64,000 nt of DNA from Candidatus Parcubacteria bacterium (lineage in GTDB: Bacteria > Patescibacteriota > Minisyncoccia > Minisyncoccales > JAGMDC01). The position numbers were made by a program, and so were the translations under genes. The DNA lies in the NCBI GenBank assembly GCA_023128895.1, contig JAGMDC010000003.1:2254-66253 (forward strand), read 5' to 3'. Below, piece after piece: positions 9,069-18,964 of the stretch. The notes under the pieces were generated by a model, which was given only the letters and a program-made list of their open reading frames with translations, had not been told where the DNA came from and did not search any database. The stretch's first letter is position 1; each line of letters starts with the position of its first letter.

Positions 9069-10243
9069 AATGTGGTATTATAAAATGTGATATTGTTTTG
9101 CTTGGGATAATAGGGGTCTTAATAATGTTGGGAATTTTGATTTTGGCGGGAATTTCCGCGCCGCTTTCCCAGCAAAAAATCGGAAATCCTACTTATTTTT
9201 TGTTCCACCAAATTCTTTTTGGAATTATTGCCGGAATTATAGCTGGATTTATATTTTACAAAATTCCCTTGTCTTTGATAAAAAAATACGCGCCAGGGCT
9301 GCTCTTAATAAATATTTTTTTCTTAGGATTAGTTTTTGTCCCCATGCTCGGCATAAGCTCTGCTGGAGCTCATAGATGGATTAATTTAGGAATTGTTTCT
9401 TTTCAACCTTCAGAATTCCTAAAAATCTTCTTTATCCTATATTTGGCTTCCTGGCTCACATCAAAACACAAAAATATAAACAGCGCGAATAGGAAATTCC
9501 GTTTTTACAATCCTAAACAAAAAATATTATCTCTTAATCTGAACAAATTATTTGATACTTTAAGCAAGACCTTTTTTCCATTTTTAGTAATTCTTGGTTT
9601 TATAGGCATATTTTTAATCAAACAGCCGGATGCCAGCACCTTGGGGATTATCGCGTTAGTAGCTGGAATTATGTATTTTTCCATAGGCACTCCTCTTTGG
9701 CACAGTATTTTAATATTTCTTATGGGAGCAGGCAGTTTGTATGCTTTGGTAAAAACGGCTCCTTATAGAATGAATCGCTTTATGGTTTTTCTGAATCCGG
9801 AGATTGAACCGATGGGAATAGGATACCAGCTTAAACAATCCTTAATCGCTATTGGTTCCGGCGGAATATTAGGATTAGGATTAGGAATGTCGCGCCAAAA
9901 ATTTGTTTTCCTTCCGCAATCAATGTCAGACTCAATTTTTTCTATATTTGCCGAGGAAACAGGCCTTGCAGGCGGATTAATACTGATTTTTCTTTTTTTG
10001 TTATTTTTATGGAAATGCTTCAATTTAGCGAAAAAAACATCGGATGAATTTTCCCGACTTGTTTGTTTGGGAATTAGTTCATGGATTACTATTCAAGCGT
10101 TTATAAATATCAGCGCTATGGCTGGAATTTTTCCGCTCACAGGAATCCCTTTGCCGTTTATCAGTTACGGCGGCTCCCATATAATAGCGGAGTTAATAGG
10201 AGTCGGAATATTATTAAACATATCTAAAAATAAGAGACTGTAG
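9065..10243 (+). CDS. ftsW: SEDS-family peptidoglycan glycosyltransferase FtsW/RodA
   Basis: Polytopic membrane protein with [15 protein letters not shown] and [10 protein letters not shown] motifs. ATGA overlap with murD. Confidence 0.85.
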   Translation: MKCGIIKCDIVLLGIIGVLIMLGILILAGISAPLSQQKIGNPTYFLFHQILFGIIAGIIAGFIFYKIPLSLIKKYAPGLLLINIFFLGLVFVPMLGISSAGAHRWINLGIVSFQPSEFLKIFFILYLASWLTSKHKNINSANRKFRFYNPKQKILSLNLNKLFDTLSKTFFPFLVILGFIGIFLIKQPDASTLGIIALVAGIMYFSIGTPLWHSILIFLMGAGSLYALVKTAPYRMNRFMVFLNPEIEPMGIGYQLKQSLIAIGSGGILGLGLGMSRQKFVFLPQSMSDSIFSIFAEETGLAGGLILIFLFLLFLWKCFNLAKKTSDEFSRLVCLGISSWITIQAFINISAMAGIFPLTGIPLPFISYGGSHIIAELIGVGILLNISKNKRL

Positions 10244-10248
10244 GATCT

Positions 10249-10414
10249 AAGAGACGGTAGGACAATATGCTTTCGTAGCGAGATTTTCAAAATTTCAGGC
10301 AAATTTTTCAAACAATTTTTGAAACCTATATAGAATATAAGTTGAGAAAATTTTTGGGAAATTTGACCAAATTTTGAAAATCACAGTAGAAATGATATTG
10401 TCCTACAGTCTCTA
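10249..10414. repeat. family-B long-hairpin (MITE-like) element, copy B1
   Basis: Terminal inverted repeats agagacggtaggacaatat / atattgtcctacagtctct and long complementary arms. The central about 110 bp is nearly identical to 22316..22430. Confidence 0.8.
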
Positions 10415-10422
10415 TAATAACC

Positions 10423-11550
10423 ATGAAAATTTTATTTACCGGTGGTGGAACCGGAGGACATATATTCCCAATAATCGCTGTATTAAGAGAGATAAAAAAA
10501 ATCCGCTCAAAAGAGCCAATAGATTTTTTTTACATTGGGCCTAAAGATAATTTCCAAAATTTTCTTTTTAAAGAAGGCGTTAAAATAAAAAATATTAATA
10601 CTGGAAAAATCAGAAGATACTGGGGTATAAAATCATTTTTCCAAAATTTAGCAGATATTTTTTTCAGAATCCCTTTCGGAATTTTTCAAGCATTTTGGTA
10701 CATCTTTGCGCTCAATCCAGATTTAATTTTCAGCAAAGGCGGATTCGGCTCTCTTCCGGCTGTAATATCCGGTTGGATTTTGCGCGTCCCAATCTTTTTG
10801 CAGGAGTCCGACGTGTCTGCCGGCTTTGCTAATAGAATTTTATCCCGTTTTTGCCTGGAAATTTTTGTTGCTTTCCCTGTAGAAAAAACTACGGGATTGC
10901 CCGCGCAAAAAATGATTTCAACGGGAAATCCAATTAGAACCAAAATTTTAGAAGTAAAAAAAGAAGAAGCGAAACAAGCGCTGAAACTGACAAACGAGAA
11001 ACCCGTGATATTAATCTTGGGCGGGTCCCAGGGCGCGCAAAGAATCAATGACAATATTTTAGAAATTCTGCCTGAATTTTTAAAGGACTTTGAGGTTATC
11101 CACCAATGCGGTACAAAAAATTTTCAGGGAATTAAAGCGGAACTTAAAATAATCGTTCCAAAACAATTGGAAAAATATTACCATTTATATCCATTTTTAG
11201 ATGATAAAAATTTAGCAAACGCTTATAACGCGGCAGACGCAGTGGTATCCAGGGCCGGGTCAGGATCCATATTTGAAATTTCCGCTTTGGGCAAACCGTC
11301 AATTTTAATTCCTTTAGAGGAAGCGGCGCAAAACCACCAGTTAAAAAACGCTTACTGCTATTCTGAGACAGGCGCTTCCATTGTTATTGAAGAACCAAAT
11401 TTTACTCCTCATTTCTTTTTGGCAAAATTAAAAAATTTATTTTCTGACCATAAAAGAATAAAAAATATGAGTGCGAAAGCCAAAAAATTTTCCAGACCAA
11501 AAGCGGCTCAAATTATTGCTGGATATATTATAGAATATTTGAACCAATGA
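10423..11550 (+). CDS. murG: undecaprenyldiphospho-muramoylpentapeptide beta-N-acetylglucosaminyltransferase
   Basis: N-terminal GGGTGGHIFP loop and GT28 C-terminal domain (GGSQGA, SRAGSGSIFE). Confidence 0.9.
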   Translation: MKILFTGGGTGGHIFPIIAVLREIKKIRSKEPIDFFYIGPKDNFQNFLFKEGVKIKNINTGKIRRYWGIKSFFQNLADIFFRIPFGIFQAFWYIFALNPDLIFSKGGFGSLPAVISGWILRVPIFLQESDVSAGFANRILSRFCLEIFVAFPVEKTTGLPAQKMISTGNPIRTKILEVKKEEAKQALKLTNEKPVILILGGSQGAQRINDNILEILPEFLKDFEVIHQCGTKNFQGIKAELKIIVPKQLEKYYHLYPFLDDKNLANAYNAADAVVSRAGSGSIFEISALGKPSILIPLEEAAQNHQLKNAYCYSETGASIVIEEPNFTPHFFLAKLKNLFSDHKRIKNMSAKAKKFSRPKAAQIIAGYIIEYLNQ

Positions 11551-13079
11551 CAGATAAGCAATTAAATAAAGTCAGGGTAAGATTTGCTCCTTCGCCTACA
11601 GGACATTTGCATATCGGCACAGCCAGAACCGCGCTTTTTAATTATATTTTTATCAAAAGCCAAAATGGAAAATTTATTTTGAGAATTGAAGACACGGATT
11701 TAGAGCGGTCAGACGTAAAATGGGAAAAAGAGATTATAGAGGGGCTGAAATGGCTTGGAATAGAATGGGACGAATTTTACAGGCAAAGCGAACGGTTCAA
11801 TATCTACAAAAAATATCTTGAAAAATTATTAGACGAAGACAAGGTGTATTATTGTTTTTGTACAAAAGAGGAAATAGAAGCGCAAAAACAAGAGCAAACT
11901 TCTATCGGCAAACCAGCCATGTATTCCGGCAAATGCCGCAGCTTATCAAAGCAAAAAATCTCGGAAAATTTGAAAAATGGGCAGCCGTTCACAATAAGGT
12001 TTAAGACGCCTCCAGATATAAAAATTGTTTTTCAGGATTTAGCGCGCAAAAAAATAGAATTTGATTCTAATTTGATAAGCGATTTTATTATCAGCAAAGG
12101 ATTAGATAATCCTCTTTATAATTTTGTTGTTGTTATTGACGATTATGAAATGGAAATCAGCCATATAATCAGAGGGGAGGACCATATCTCCAACACGCCA
12201 AAACAAATTCTTTTGCAGGAAGCATTGGGATTTCCAACACCAAAATACGCTCATCTGCCTTTAATTTTAGGCGAAGACCGAAGTAAATTAAGCAAAAGGC
12301 ACGGCGCTACCGCGGTTTACGAGTATAAAAAAATGGGCTATTTGCCGGAAGCGCTAACCAATTTTATAGCATTTCTTGGATGGAACCCTGGAACCGAAAG
12401 GGAGATATATAATATAAATTCCTTAATAAAAGAATTTTCTTTGGATAAAATCCAAAAAGGCGGAGCGATTTTTAATATTAAACGATTGAATTTTTTGAAT
12501 AGTTTCTATATTCGCCAGAAACCCCTAAATAAACTAACAGAACTTTGTATTCCTTATCTAATAGACGCGCAATTGATTGTTCCGAAGAGCGACGAAGGAC
12601 AGATTATTGCTGATTGGGGGCATCTTCCATTAGAGATGCTCGGGTATATGGCAATGGAAACAAAAGAAAAATTAAGTTTTAATTATTTGAAGCAAATTAT
12701 TGGAATATATCAGGAACGGTTGAGAATTTTATCGGAAATCCCTGAATTGTGCGATTATTTTTTTAAGGAGAAGTTGGAGTATGATAGGGGATTGCTGAAA
12801 TGGAAAGATATGAGCGATAGCGAGATTGCGGAAGTTCTTGACAAATTAGAGAATATATTGTCTAAAATTAGCACTGAGAATTTTAATAAAGAAAATTTGG
12901 AAAAGATTTTAATAGCGGAAGCAGAAGCAGTAGGGGATAGGGGGAAGCTTTTATGGCCCTTGCGAGTCGCGCTGTGTGGCAAAAAGGCGTCTGCCGGCCC
13001 GTTTGAAATCGCGGAAATCTTAGGAAAAGAAAAAACTTTAACAAGAATAATAGAAGCAAAACGTATCGCGAAAAAATAA
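11547..13079 (+). CDS. gltX: glutamyl-tRNA synthetase
   Basis: HIGH-type motif SPTGHLHIGTART and KMSKS-type motif KLSKRHG. 4-bp overlap with murG. Confidence 0.9.
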   Translation: MTDKQLNKVRVRFAPSPTGHLHIGTARTALFNYIFIKSQNGKFILRIEDTDLERSDVKWEKEIIEGLKWLGIEWDEFYRQSERFNIYKKYLEKLLDEDKVYYCFCTKEEIEAQKQEQTSIGKPAMYSGKCRSLSKQKISENLKNGQPFTIRFKTPPDIKIVFQDLARKKIEFDSNLISDFIISKGLDNPLYNFVVVIDDYEMEISHIIRGEDHISNTPKQILLQEALGFPTPKYAHLPLILGEDRSKLSKRHGATAVYEYKKMGYLPEALTNFIAFLGWNPGTEREIYNINSLIKEFSLDKIQKGGAIFNIKRLNFLNSFYIRQKPLNKLTELCIPYLIDAQLIVPKSDEGQIIADWGHLPLEMLGYMAMETKEKLSFNYLKQIIGIYQERLRILSEIPELCDYFFKEKLEYDRGLLKWKDMSDSEIAEVLDKLENILSKISTENFNKENLEKILIAEAEAVGDRGKLLWPLRVALCGKKASAGPFEIAEILGKEKTLTRIIEAKRIAKK

Positions 13080-13127
13080 AAATGAGGAACAAGTCCTCAA
13101 AAATTTCTTATTTTTAGTGTTTTATAT

Positions 13128-13373
13128 CTATACTTCATACTGTTGTCTCTTGAGAGCGTTGGAAACCATGAGAATACTTTTCATATCTGCCTTACTAATT
13201 GCCTTTTCTGCTTTTACAAATGCGGCTATAAGATAAGGAATCTCTTTTACTGGGACTATTACTGTCCCGGATTTGTATAATTCCATCAGAGTATCAAAAT
13301 TGCGTATTGGGTCTTCTTCAAGCAGTTCAATCGCTCTTTTATGGGCAGGAATTCTCTTTTTTTCTTTTGGCAT
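13128..13373 (-). CDS. hypothetical 81-aa protein
   Basis: ORF only; no motif recognised. Confidence 0.4.
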   Translation of the reverse strand: MPKEKKRIPAHKRAIELLEEDPIRNFDTLMELYKSGTVIVPVKEIPYLIAAFVKAEKAISKADMKSILMVSNALKRQQYEV

Positions 13374-13408
13374 TTTTCACCTCCTTTTTATATAAGTCCA
13401 CATATCTT

Positions 13409-13939
13409 ATGAACCAATTACAAATATACCAAAGAATAATGATTTTGTCAATATTTGCGGCAATGCTCGCGGCGCCGGCGAGTTTGATTTTGCCTGGATT
13501 TTGTTTTGCGCAGGATTTTGGTAAAATTAGCGAATTTGGCGGGAACGAAGAAGCCAATCAAGAAGTTAATCAAGAGGTTGGAGAGGTCAAAGCAGATACT
13601 GCGCGCAATGGTTTTATAAACACAGTAAAAAAGTTCTGGGAAATTCGCATTCTCCCCTGTTTTCATAAAATAGGGGATAGAATAACAAATTTTTGGTATT
13701 TAACTATCAAGCCCGGGATTCAAAACGCTGGAGATCGAGCATATAATATCTGGCACCAAAAAGTTAAACCTTTTACCCGAGAAAGCATAGATAAAATAAA
13801 AAAATTTTTGGGAAAGGAAGCAGAAAAACAAAAACCCGGAATAATAGAGGAGTTTGACAAAGAGAAAGAAGAACTCAAACAAGAAGCGCCAGGGCTCTGG
13901 GAACGGCTTAAGGGTATAATATGGGGACAACAGCCCTGA
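13409..13939 (+). CDS. hypothetical secreted protein
   Basis: The ATG at 13409 gives a signal-like N-terminus MNQLQIYQRIMILSIFAAMLAAPASLILPGFCFA. The track start at 13307 overlaps the opposite-strand gene. Confidence 0.45.
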   Translation: MNQLQIYQRIMILSIFAAMLAAPASLILPGFCFAQDFGKISEFGGNEEANQEVNQEVGEVKADTARNGFINTVKKFWEIRILPCFHKIGDRITNFWYLTIKPGIQNAGDRAYNIWHQKVKPFTRESIDKIKKFLGKEAEKQKPGIIEEFDKEKEELKQEAPGLWERLKGIIWGQQP

Positions 13940-13997
13940 AAACCGCGTGTGAGGGGATACAGAGCGTTTTTTTGTAGGGGAGCGGCAGTTTTCCACA

Positions 13998-14026
13998 TTG
14001 ACAGCGTCTTTTACACGCTGTAATAT
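13998..14026 (+). promoter_or_regulatory. candidate sigma70-type promoter (TTGACA-17 nt-TAATAT) upstream of the recombinase pair
   Basis: TTGACA at 13998..14003, a 17-nt spacer, and TAATAT at 14021..14026. An additional TATAAT lies at 14044..14049. Confidence 0.4.
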
Positions 14027-14079
14027 AAATATAAAGAAGTGAGTATAATAACCCTTACACTCAGTAATAGATAAACAAT

Positions 14080-15495
14080 ATGTTAAATAAAAATAAGACT
14101 ATTATTAGCTATATCCCCTATTTTTTAGAATACTGCAAAATTGAAAAAAATCTTTTACCGAAAACTATTAAAAGTTATGATATTTTTTTGCGGCAATTTG
14201 CTACTTGGCTAAAAATTTCTAATTTATTCGATATACGGCCTGAAGAATTTTCTATAGAATATGCTGAAAAATATCGGGATTATCTATCCAAAGAAATTAA
14301 TGGTAGAAATCAACAAATTATTAGCAAAAAAACTCAAAATTATTATTTAATATCACTTCGCGCATTATTAACATTTTTCGTTGAAAAAAATATTAAGTCC
14401 CTCTCCCCTATTCAAGTAAGACTATTAAAAGAAGATAAAAAAATACCAAAAAATAAATTTTTAAATTCAGAAAAAATAGAATTAATACTTAAAATTCCTG
14501 ATACTTTAACTGTTATTGGCTTAAGAGACAGGGCTATTTTAGAAATTTTATTTTTTAATAGCTTAAAAGTTGGTCAAATTGTTAATTTAAATAAAAATAA
14601 TATTAATATAAAAGAAAAACATCAAATTTCAAAAAGATCTATAAAATGGATAAATAAATATCTCAAAACGAGACAAGAAGACAACGAAAAAGCCCTTTTT
14701 ATAAGTTATAAAGGGCCAAAGAAAAACGCTGGAGGGAGATTAAGCACTCGCTCTATTGAAAATATTGTTAAAAAATATATGACAAAATCAAAATTGGCTA
14801 CTTCCCTATCCCCTGAAAATTTGCGAAATATTTTTATAATCAACCTCTTGAACCAAAATGACAAAATTAAAATATATGATGAAATTTTTAATCATCAAAA
14901 ATTGAAAATCAGAAATGGTTATAAACCATCAGAAAGTAGAAAAAATAAAAGAATATCTAAAACATTACCTTACGCTTCTTGGAACACTATTGAATCTAAC
15001 ATAAATAAAGAAATAAAATGGTTGAAAGAAAATATTTCTGTTTTGTCCGCTGAATATGGACAAAATCGAAATTTCGTCTATTGCCACGATTGCCTTTTAA
15101 GGAAAATAGCGATTTTAATTGTAAGTGGTGAAATTGAAACTACTAAATTTGAAATACCACAAAGCAAAAAATTGTGGAATATTTCAAATGTCCAAAATAT
15201 CAAAATAATAAATAAGCATGGGCAAGAATGGCATCGCAAAATGATGAGTATAGTTTCAAAATATTTTGAAGATAAAAACTATAAAATAAAATTAGAACCT
15301 AATTTAAATTATGGAAGAGCGGATTTGGGTGTTTATTCAAAACAAAATCCAAAAGAAATTTTTTATATAGAGATAGGCACGGTATCTCTATTTAAACTTT
15401 GGTATAATTTTTCAACAATGAAAAATACTACCTTCTTAGTAATTCCGTTTGAAGAATATTTTATAGAGTTTAGCGCAAAATTAAATGAAAAATAA
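14080..15495 (+). CDS. degenerate Xer-like tyrosine-recombinase paralog with an extra C-terminal domain
   Basis: Has an N-terminal SAM-like core-binding domain. The box I region reads FNSLKVGQ (Lys where TGxR Arg is expected) and the box II region reads ENLRN (no HxxRH). There is no terminal LGH...Y. About 190 extra C-terminal residues contain GRADLGV...IFYIEIG. Confidence 0.6.
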   Translation: MLNKNKTIISYIPYFLEYCKIEKNLLPKTIKSYDIFLRQFATWLKISNLFDIRPEEFSIEYAEKYRDYLSKEINGRNQQIISKKTQNYYLISLRALLTFFVEKNIKSLSPIQVRLLKEDKKIPKNKFLNSEKIELILKIPDTLTVIGLRDRAILEILFFNSLKVGQIVNLNKNNINIKEKHQISKRSIKWINKYLKTRQEDNEKALFISYKGPKKNAGGRLSTRSIENIVKKYMTKSKLATSLSPENLRNIFIINLLNQNDKIKIYDEIFNHQKLKIRNGYKPSESRKNKRISKTLPYASWNTIESNINKEIKWLKENISVLSAEYGQNRNFVYCHDCLLRKIAILIVSGEIETTKFEIPQSKKLWNISNVQNIKIINKHGQEWHRKMMSIVSKYFEDKNYKIKLEPNLNYGRADLGVYSKQNPKEIFYIEIGTVSLFKLWYNFSTMKNTTFLVIPFEEYFIEFSAKLNEK

Positions 15496-16429
15496 AAATT
15501 TACCACATTTAGACGATTTTCTATTGAACTTGCAAACCAATAATTATTCAGAAGAGACGCTTTATAACTACGAACGGGATTTAGAAGTTCTAGAAAAATT
15601 TTTAGAAAAAGTAAAAATTGATTTTGCTGATATTGATAAAAAAACTATCCTAAATTATAAAGCGTATTTGGCTTCGCAAGACAGAGAAACGCCAAAAAGC
15701 GAAAAAGGCAAGAAAAAATTGGCCAGTTATTCTATGAATAGAATGCTGTCTTCTTTTCGTTCATATTTAAAATTTTTGATAGATATGGATTATAAATGCC
15801 CTATTCCGCCCGAGGTTATAAAATTAGTGAAAACAGAGAAAAAACATCCGCGAGTTTCTGAATTTGACGAAATAGTAAAATTAATTGAATCCCCTACTCT
15901 TTTCGAACACAACGAAATTGTGGCCTTGAGAAATAGAGCAATATTTGAAACATTATTTTCCACAGGGATGAGGATATCCGAATTAATAAACTTAAAAATA
16001 ATTCAAATAGATAAAACAGGCCGTATTTTTATCAGAGGAAAAGGAAAAAAAGAAAGATTTGTATATTTAACTCCAAGGGCTGAAAAACATATTAAGGATT
16101 ATTTGAAGAATAAAGAGAAAACAAATTCTTCTTATTTATTCACCCCGCTTAGAGGCAGAAACGTTAAAATCAAAGATAAAAAAATTTCCCCTAATTATAT
16201 ACAGGAGAAAATGAAAAGATATAGAGAAATCTTAGGATTGAATATTCCTATTTCTCCACATTCGCTTCGCCACGCTTTTGCCACTTATTTAGCGGAAAAC
16301 GGGGCTAATCCAGCTGCTATCCAAATTCTTTTAGGCCACGAATCATTAGATACCACTACTCGTTATGTTCATGCTTCTGACAGATACGCTGAAAAAATAC
16401 ATTGTAAATATCACCCATTAAAAAAATGA
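15485..16429 (+). CDS. tyrosine recombinase XerC/XerD family, catalytically intact
   Basis: ALRNRAIFETLFSTGMRISEL (Arg I), HSLRHAFATYL (His-x-x-Arg-His) and LGHESLDTTTRYVH (His, Tyr). 11-bp overlap with the upstream paralog. Confidence 0.85.
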   Translation: MKNKNLPHLDDFLLNLQTNNYSEETLYNYERDLEVLEKFLEKVKIDFADIDKKTILNYKAYLASQDRETPKSEKGKKKLASYSMNRMLSSFRSYLKFLIDMDYKCPIPPEVIKLVKTEKKHPRVSEFDEIVKLIESPTLFEHNEIVALRNRAIFETLFSTGMRISELINLKIIQIDKTGRIFIRGKGKKERFVYLTPRAEKHIKDYLKNKEKTNSSYLFTPLRGRNVKIKDKKISPNYIQEKMKRYREILGLNIPISPHSLRHAFATYLAENGANPAAIQILLGHESLDTTTRYVHASDRYAEKIHCKYHPLKK

Positions 16430-16467
16430 ACCCCAGACTTTGGACTGGGTATTAAAAAGTCTGTGGT

Positions 16468-16539
16468 ACATTTTCTGCGTTCGCTTGCGAATACAAACAA
16501 ACTCGCTTCGCGTCGCTTGTTTGTATTCCCTCGCTTTAC
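16468..16539 (+). repeat. family-A variant module, copy A3, between convergent genes
   Basis: acattttctgcgttcgcttg-cgaatacaaacaa-actcgcttcgcgtcgc-ttgtttgtatt-ccctcgctttac. Confidence 0.75.
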
Positions 16540-16555
16540 TTAAAAATAATAATTT

Positions 16556-17257
16556 TTATGCGCCGAAACAGCGGCGCCGGCAGCTGTAATCTTTAATCGC
16601 GTTTCTGAAATCATCAGCAGTAAAATCAGGATAAAGTTTATCGGAAAAATATAATTCAGCGTCAGCAATATCCCACATCATAAACCCGGAAGACATATGC
16701 GCTCCTCCTCCTGTTCTTATCAGAAAATCAACAGGCGGCAAATCCTTGGTCAAAAGGTTTTTTTTAATAATCTCTGAAGTAATTCTTGAATTACTTCGCT
16801 TATTGATTTTTTTTACAGCGTTAAGCATTTCGTCAACGCCGCTGTAGGCAATAAAAAAATTTAGAAAAAATTTATTGTAATTTTTTGTTGCTTCTATCGC
16901 CTGTCTTATGGGTATTTTTACATCTTCTGAAAGTTGTATCTTCCACTCCCCTATTACGTTTATCCTTACTTGATTTTTATGGATTGTTTTATCAACGGCC
17001 AACTCAGTAAATTTCTTTTTAAATAAATTCAATAAAAATTTTACCTCTGCTTTGGGCCGTTTTTTGAGATTGTCTTTGGAAGAAATCCAAAAAGAGAAAT
17101 AAGGAATTTTTAAATCTATGGCCGCGCCAAATATTTCTTCAAAATGTTTAAAAGCAATACGGTGCCCTATCCACGGCTTGAATCCCCTGCTTTTTGCCCA
17201 TCTCCGATTGCCGTCAGGAGTAATAACTATGTGTTTTGGTATGTTTTGATTAGACAT
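16556..17257 (-). CDS. uppS: isoprenyl (undecaprenyl) diphosphate synthase
   Basis: HIVITPDGNRRWA and the cis-prenyltransferase core, ending ...RRFG. Confidence 0.9.
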   Translation of the reverse strand: MSNQNIPKHIVITPDGNRRWAKSRGFKPWIGHRIAFKHFEEIFGAAIDLKIPYFSFWISSKDNLKKRPKAEVKFLLNLFKKKFTELAVDKTIHKNQVRINVIGEWKIQLSEDVKIPIRQAIEATKNYNKFFLNFFIAYSGVDEMLNAVKKINKRSNSRITSEIIKKNLLTKDLPPVDFLIRTGGGAHMSSGFMMWDIADAELYFSDKLYPDFTADDFRNAIKDYSCRRRCFGA

Positions 17258-17303
17258 TATTTTTATGAGAGTGTTTTACGCTTTCAATTTTAATATAAAT
17301 CCT

Positions 17304-18233
17304 TTACATTAGCAACCAGTCCCCTTCTATCTTGGCTTTTTTCGGTAAAATCCAAGGAATATTAAATCCTGAAAAATAAACAATTTTTGTGAACAATTTT
17401 GAAAAAAATATTTCTCGCGCGAAAAATTTTTTTACTGCTTTTTCATAAGCAAAAAAATCAGGAAAATGTTTTATTAACAAATCACAGGTTTTTAAGCCCC
17501 AAATTACCCCTCCCCCGCTCCAGGGCTTAGTGCCTGCAATTGCTTCCCCACAGAGCGTTATGACGCCATTATGCGGCTCTGAAAGGCCTTGAGATACTAA
17601 ACTAGCAGATATCTTATCTAATTTTAGGTTATTTTTAAATAAAAATTCTTGGAAAATTTTGCGCGCTTGCTGTTTATTTGACATAATGCCATACTCTATT
17701 TCTTCGCCTCTGGGAATTTTCCAAATAAACCCGTCTTTTACAGCCCATGTTTCCACAAAATTTGAATTATCCTGCTTATCTACAAATCCCTGAATTGCCA
17801 AACGTAAGTCATGCTCCCGCAAATTCAAATTTTTTAGCGTAAATGACTTTGCTCCGTCACATCCGATAATTCTGTCAAAGCCAACTGGTAAAGCATCTAT
17901 TCTGCGATTTAAGACAATTTTAGCTCCGGCATTCTCTGCATATCGCGCGACTAATTTATCCAACTCAAAATGGTTCATTACAAAAAATGTATCAGAAAAT
18001 GAAACTTTAACGCTTTTTTTCGGAAAATGTATTAAAGTATAATCAATTTCATTTTGTATCAATTTTTTGCTTTGGGGAATATGAGCAAAAATTCTCTGGG
18101 AAAAAAGTCCTGAACAGGTTTGTTTGCCTATTTCCTTTTTCTGCTCAAAAACTGTAATGTCTTCGCCTTTTTCGGCAAGCTTCCATGCTAAATAAAGTCC
18201 GCACACTCCCCCGCCAATAATACCAATTTTCAT
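17304..18233 (-). CDS. FAD-dependent oxidoreductase, geranylgeranyl-reductase-like
   Basis: N-terminal dinucleotide-binding motif MKIGIIGGGVCGLYLAWKLAEKGEDITVFE. Length is 309 aa. Confidence 0.65.
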   Translation of the reverse strand: MKIGIIGGGVCGLYLAWKLAEKGEDITVFEQKKEIGKQTCSGLFSQRIFAHIPQSKKLIQNEIDYTLIHFPKKSVKVSFSDTFFVMNHFELDKLVARYAENAGAKIVLNRRIDALPVGFDRIIGCDGAKSFTLKNLNLREHDLRLAIQGFVDKQDNSNFVETWAVKDGFIWKIPRGEEIEYGIMSNKQQARKIFQEFLFKNNLKLDKISASLVSQGLSEPHNGVITLCGEAIAGTKPWSGGGVIWGLKTCDLLIKHFPDFFAYEKAVKKFFAREIFFSKLFTKIVYFSGFNIPWILPKKAKIEGDWLLM

Positions 18234-18311
18234 AATTATGAGTGAGGAATAAATGTAAAAATGAATTTTTACATTTATTCCGAGCGAGTAATTATGCGGC
18301 GTAGCCGCAAT
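18234..18311 (-). repeat. family-A element, copy A4, abutting the ATG of the 17304..18233 gene
   Basis: On the minus strand: attgcggctacgccgcataattactcgctcgg-aataaatgtaaaaattcatttttacatttatt-cctcactcataatt-ATG. Confidence 0.85.
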
Positions 18312-18318
18312 AATTTTT

Positions 18319-18495
18319 TTATTCCTCTATTTGTGATTCGTTAATGTTTGTTTGAATTTGCATTGGTTCCTTTTTCTGCATTTCCGACATTATATAGCCT
18401 AGTGTGAATGAAAGTAAAGAAATTAAAACAACGCCAACAAATAAAATTATTTCTTGTTCATCTTTTTTGACAAATTTGAAAAATTTTGATAACAT
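18319..18495 (-). CDS. possible 58-aa small membrane protein (not in the ORF track)
   Basis: Hand translation: MLSKFFKFVKKDEQEIILFVGVVLISLLSFTLGYIMSEMQKKEPMQIQTNINESQIEE, with one TM helix. No clear RBS. Confidence 0.3.
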   Translation of the reverse strand: MLSKFFKFVKKDEQEIILFVGVVLISLLSFTLGYIMSEMQKKEPMQIQTNINESQIEE

Positions 18496-18504
18496 AATAA
18501 AGAT

Positions 18505-18780
18505 ATGTCTAAAACAAAAGCCACAGGCGTTACAAAATTAGGCCGGGATTCCCAGCCAAAATACTTGGGCGTAAAATTATATGAAGGCCAACAAGCAAAA
18601 GTGGGCAGTGTTATTATACGCCAAAGAGGAACAAAATTCCTTGCCGGGAAAAATGTTAAAAAAGGAGCTGATGATACGCTGTTCGCGCTAAAACAAGGAA
18701 CAGTTAAATTTTCAACAAAGCGCAAAATCAAATTTGACAAATCACAACGGCTTGTTAAGATTGTAAATATAGTAGATTAA
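18505..18780 (+). CDS. rpmA: 50S ribosomal protein L27
   Basis: MSKTKATGVTKLGRDSQPKYLGVK...GTKF is typical of bacterial bL27. Confidence 0.9.
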   Translation: MSKTKATGVTKLGRDSQPKYLGVKLYEGQQAKVGSVIIRQRGTKFLAGKNVKKGADDTLFALKQGTVKFSTKRKIKFDKSQRLVKIVNIVD

Positions 18781-18799
18781 CAATTAGGGGGTGAAGAAT

Positions 18800-18940
18800 A
18801 TGAATGAACAAAAAAAAATTATGCTGGAGCAAGCGGGCAAATTAATCAAATGCCCGGAATGCGGCGCGGAATGCGATTTGTCTACGGCAATGGGCACATA
18901 TGTGTGCCTGACCTGCGGATGTTTGATACCAATCCCATAG
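18800..18940 (+). CDS. 46-aa zinc-ribbon protein (not in the ORF track)
   Basis: Hand translation: MNEQKKIMLEQAGKLIKCPECGAECDLSTAMGTYVCLTCGCLIPIP, with CPEC...CLTC pairs. A strong SD (agggggtgaag) lies upstream. Confidence 0.55.
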   Translation: MNEQKKIMLEQAGKLIKCPECGAECDLSTAMGTYVCLTCGCLIPIP

Positions 18941-18964
18941 GATGTAAAAAGCATCTTTTTTTTT
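18941..18964 (+). terminator. weak intrinsic terminator after rpmA and the zinc-ribbon gene
   Basis: A 5-bp stem, gatgt/gcatc, with loop aaaaa, followed by a run of nine T. Confidence 0.4.

Noticed and set aside
18447-18740. A 97-aa minus-strand ORF.
   Set aside because: It is antisense to the clearly recognisable rpmA (L27) gene.
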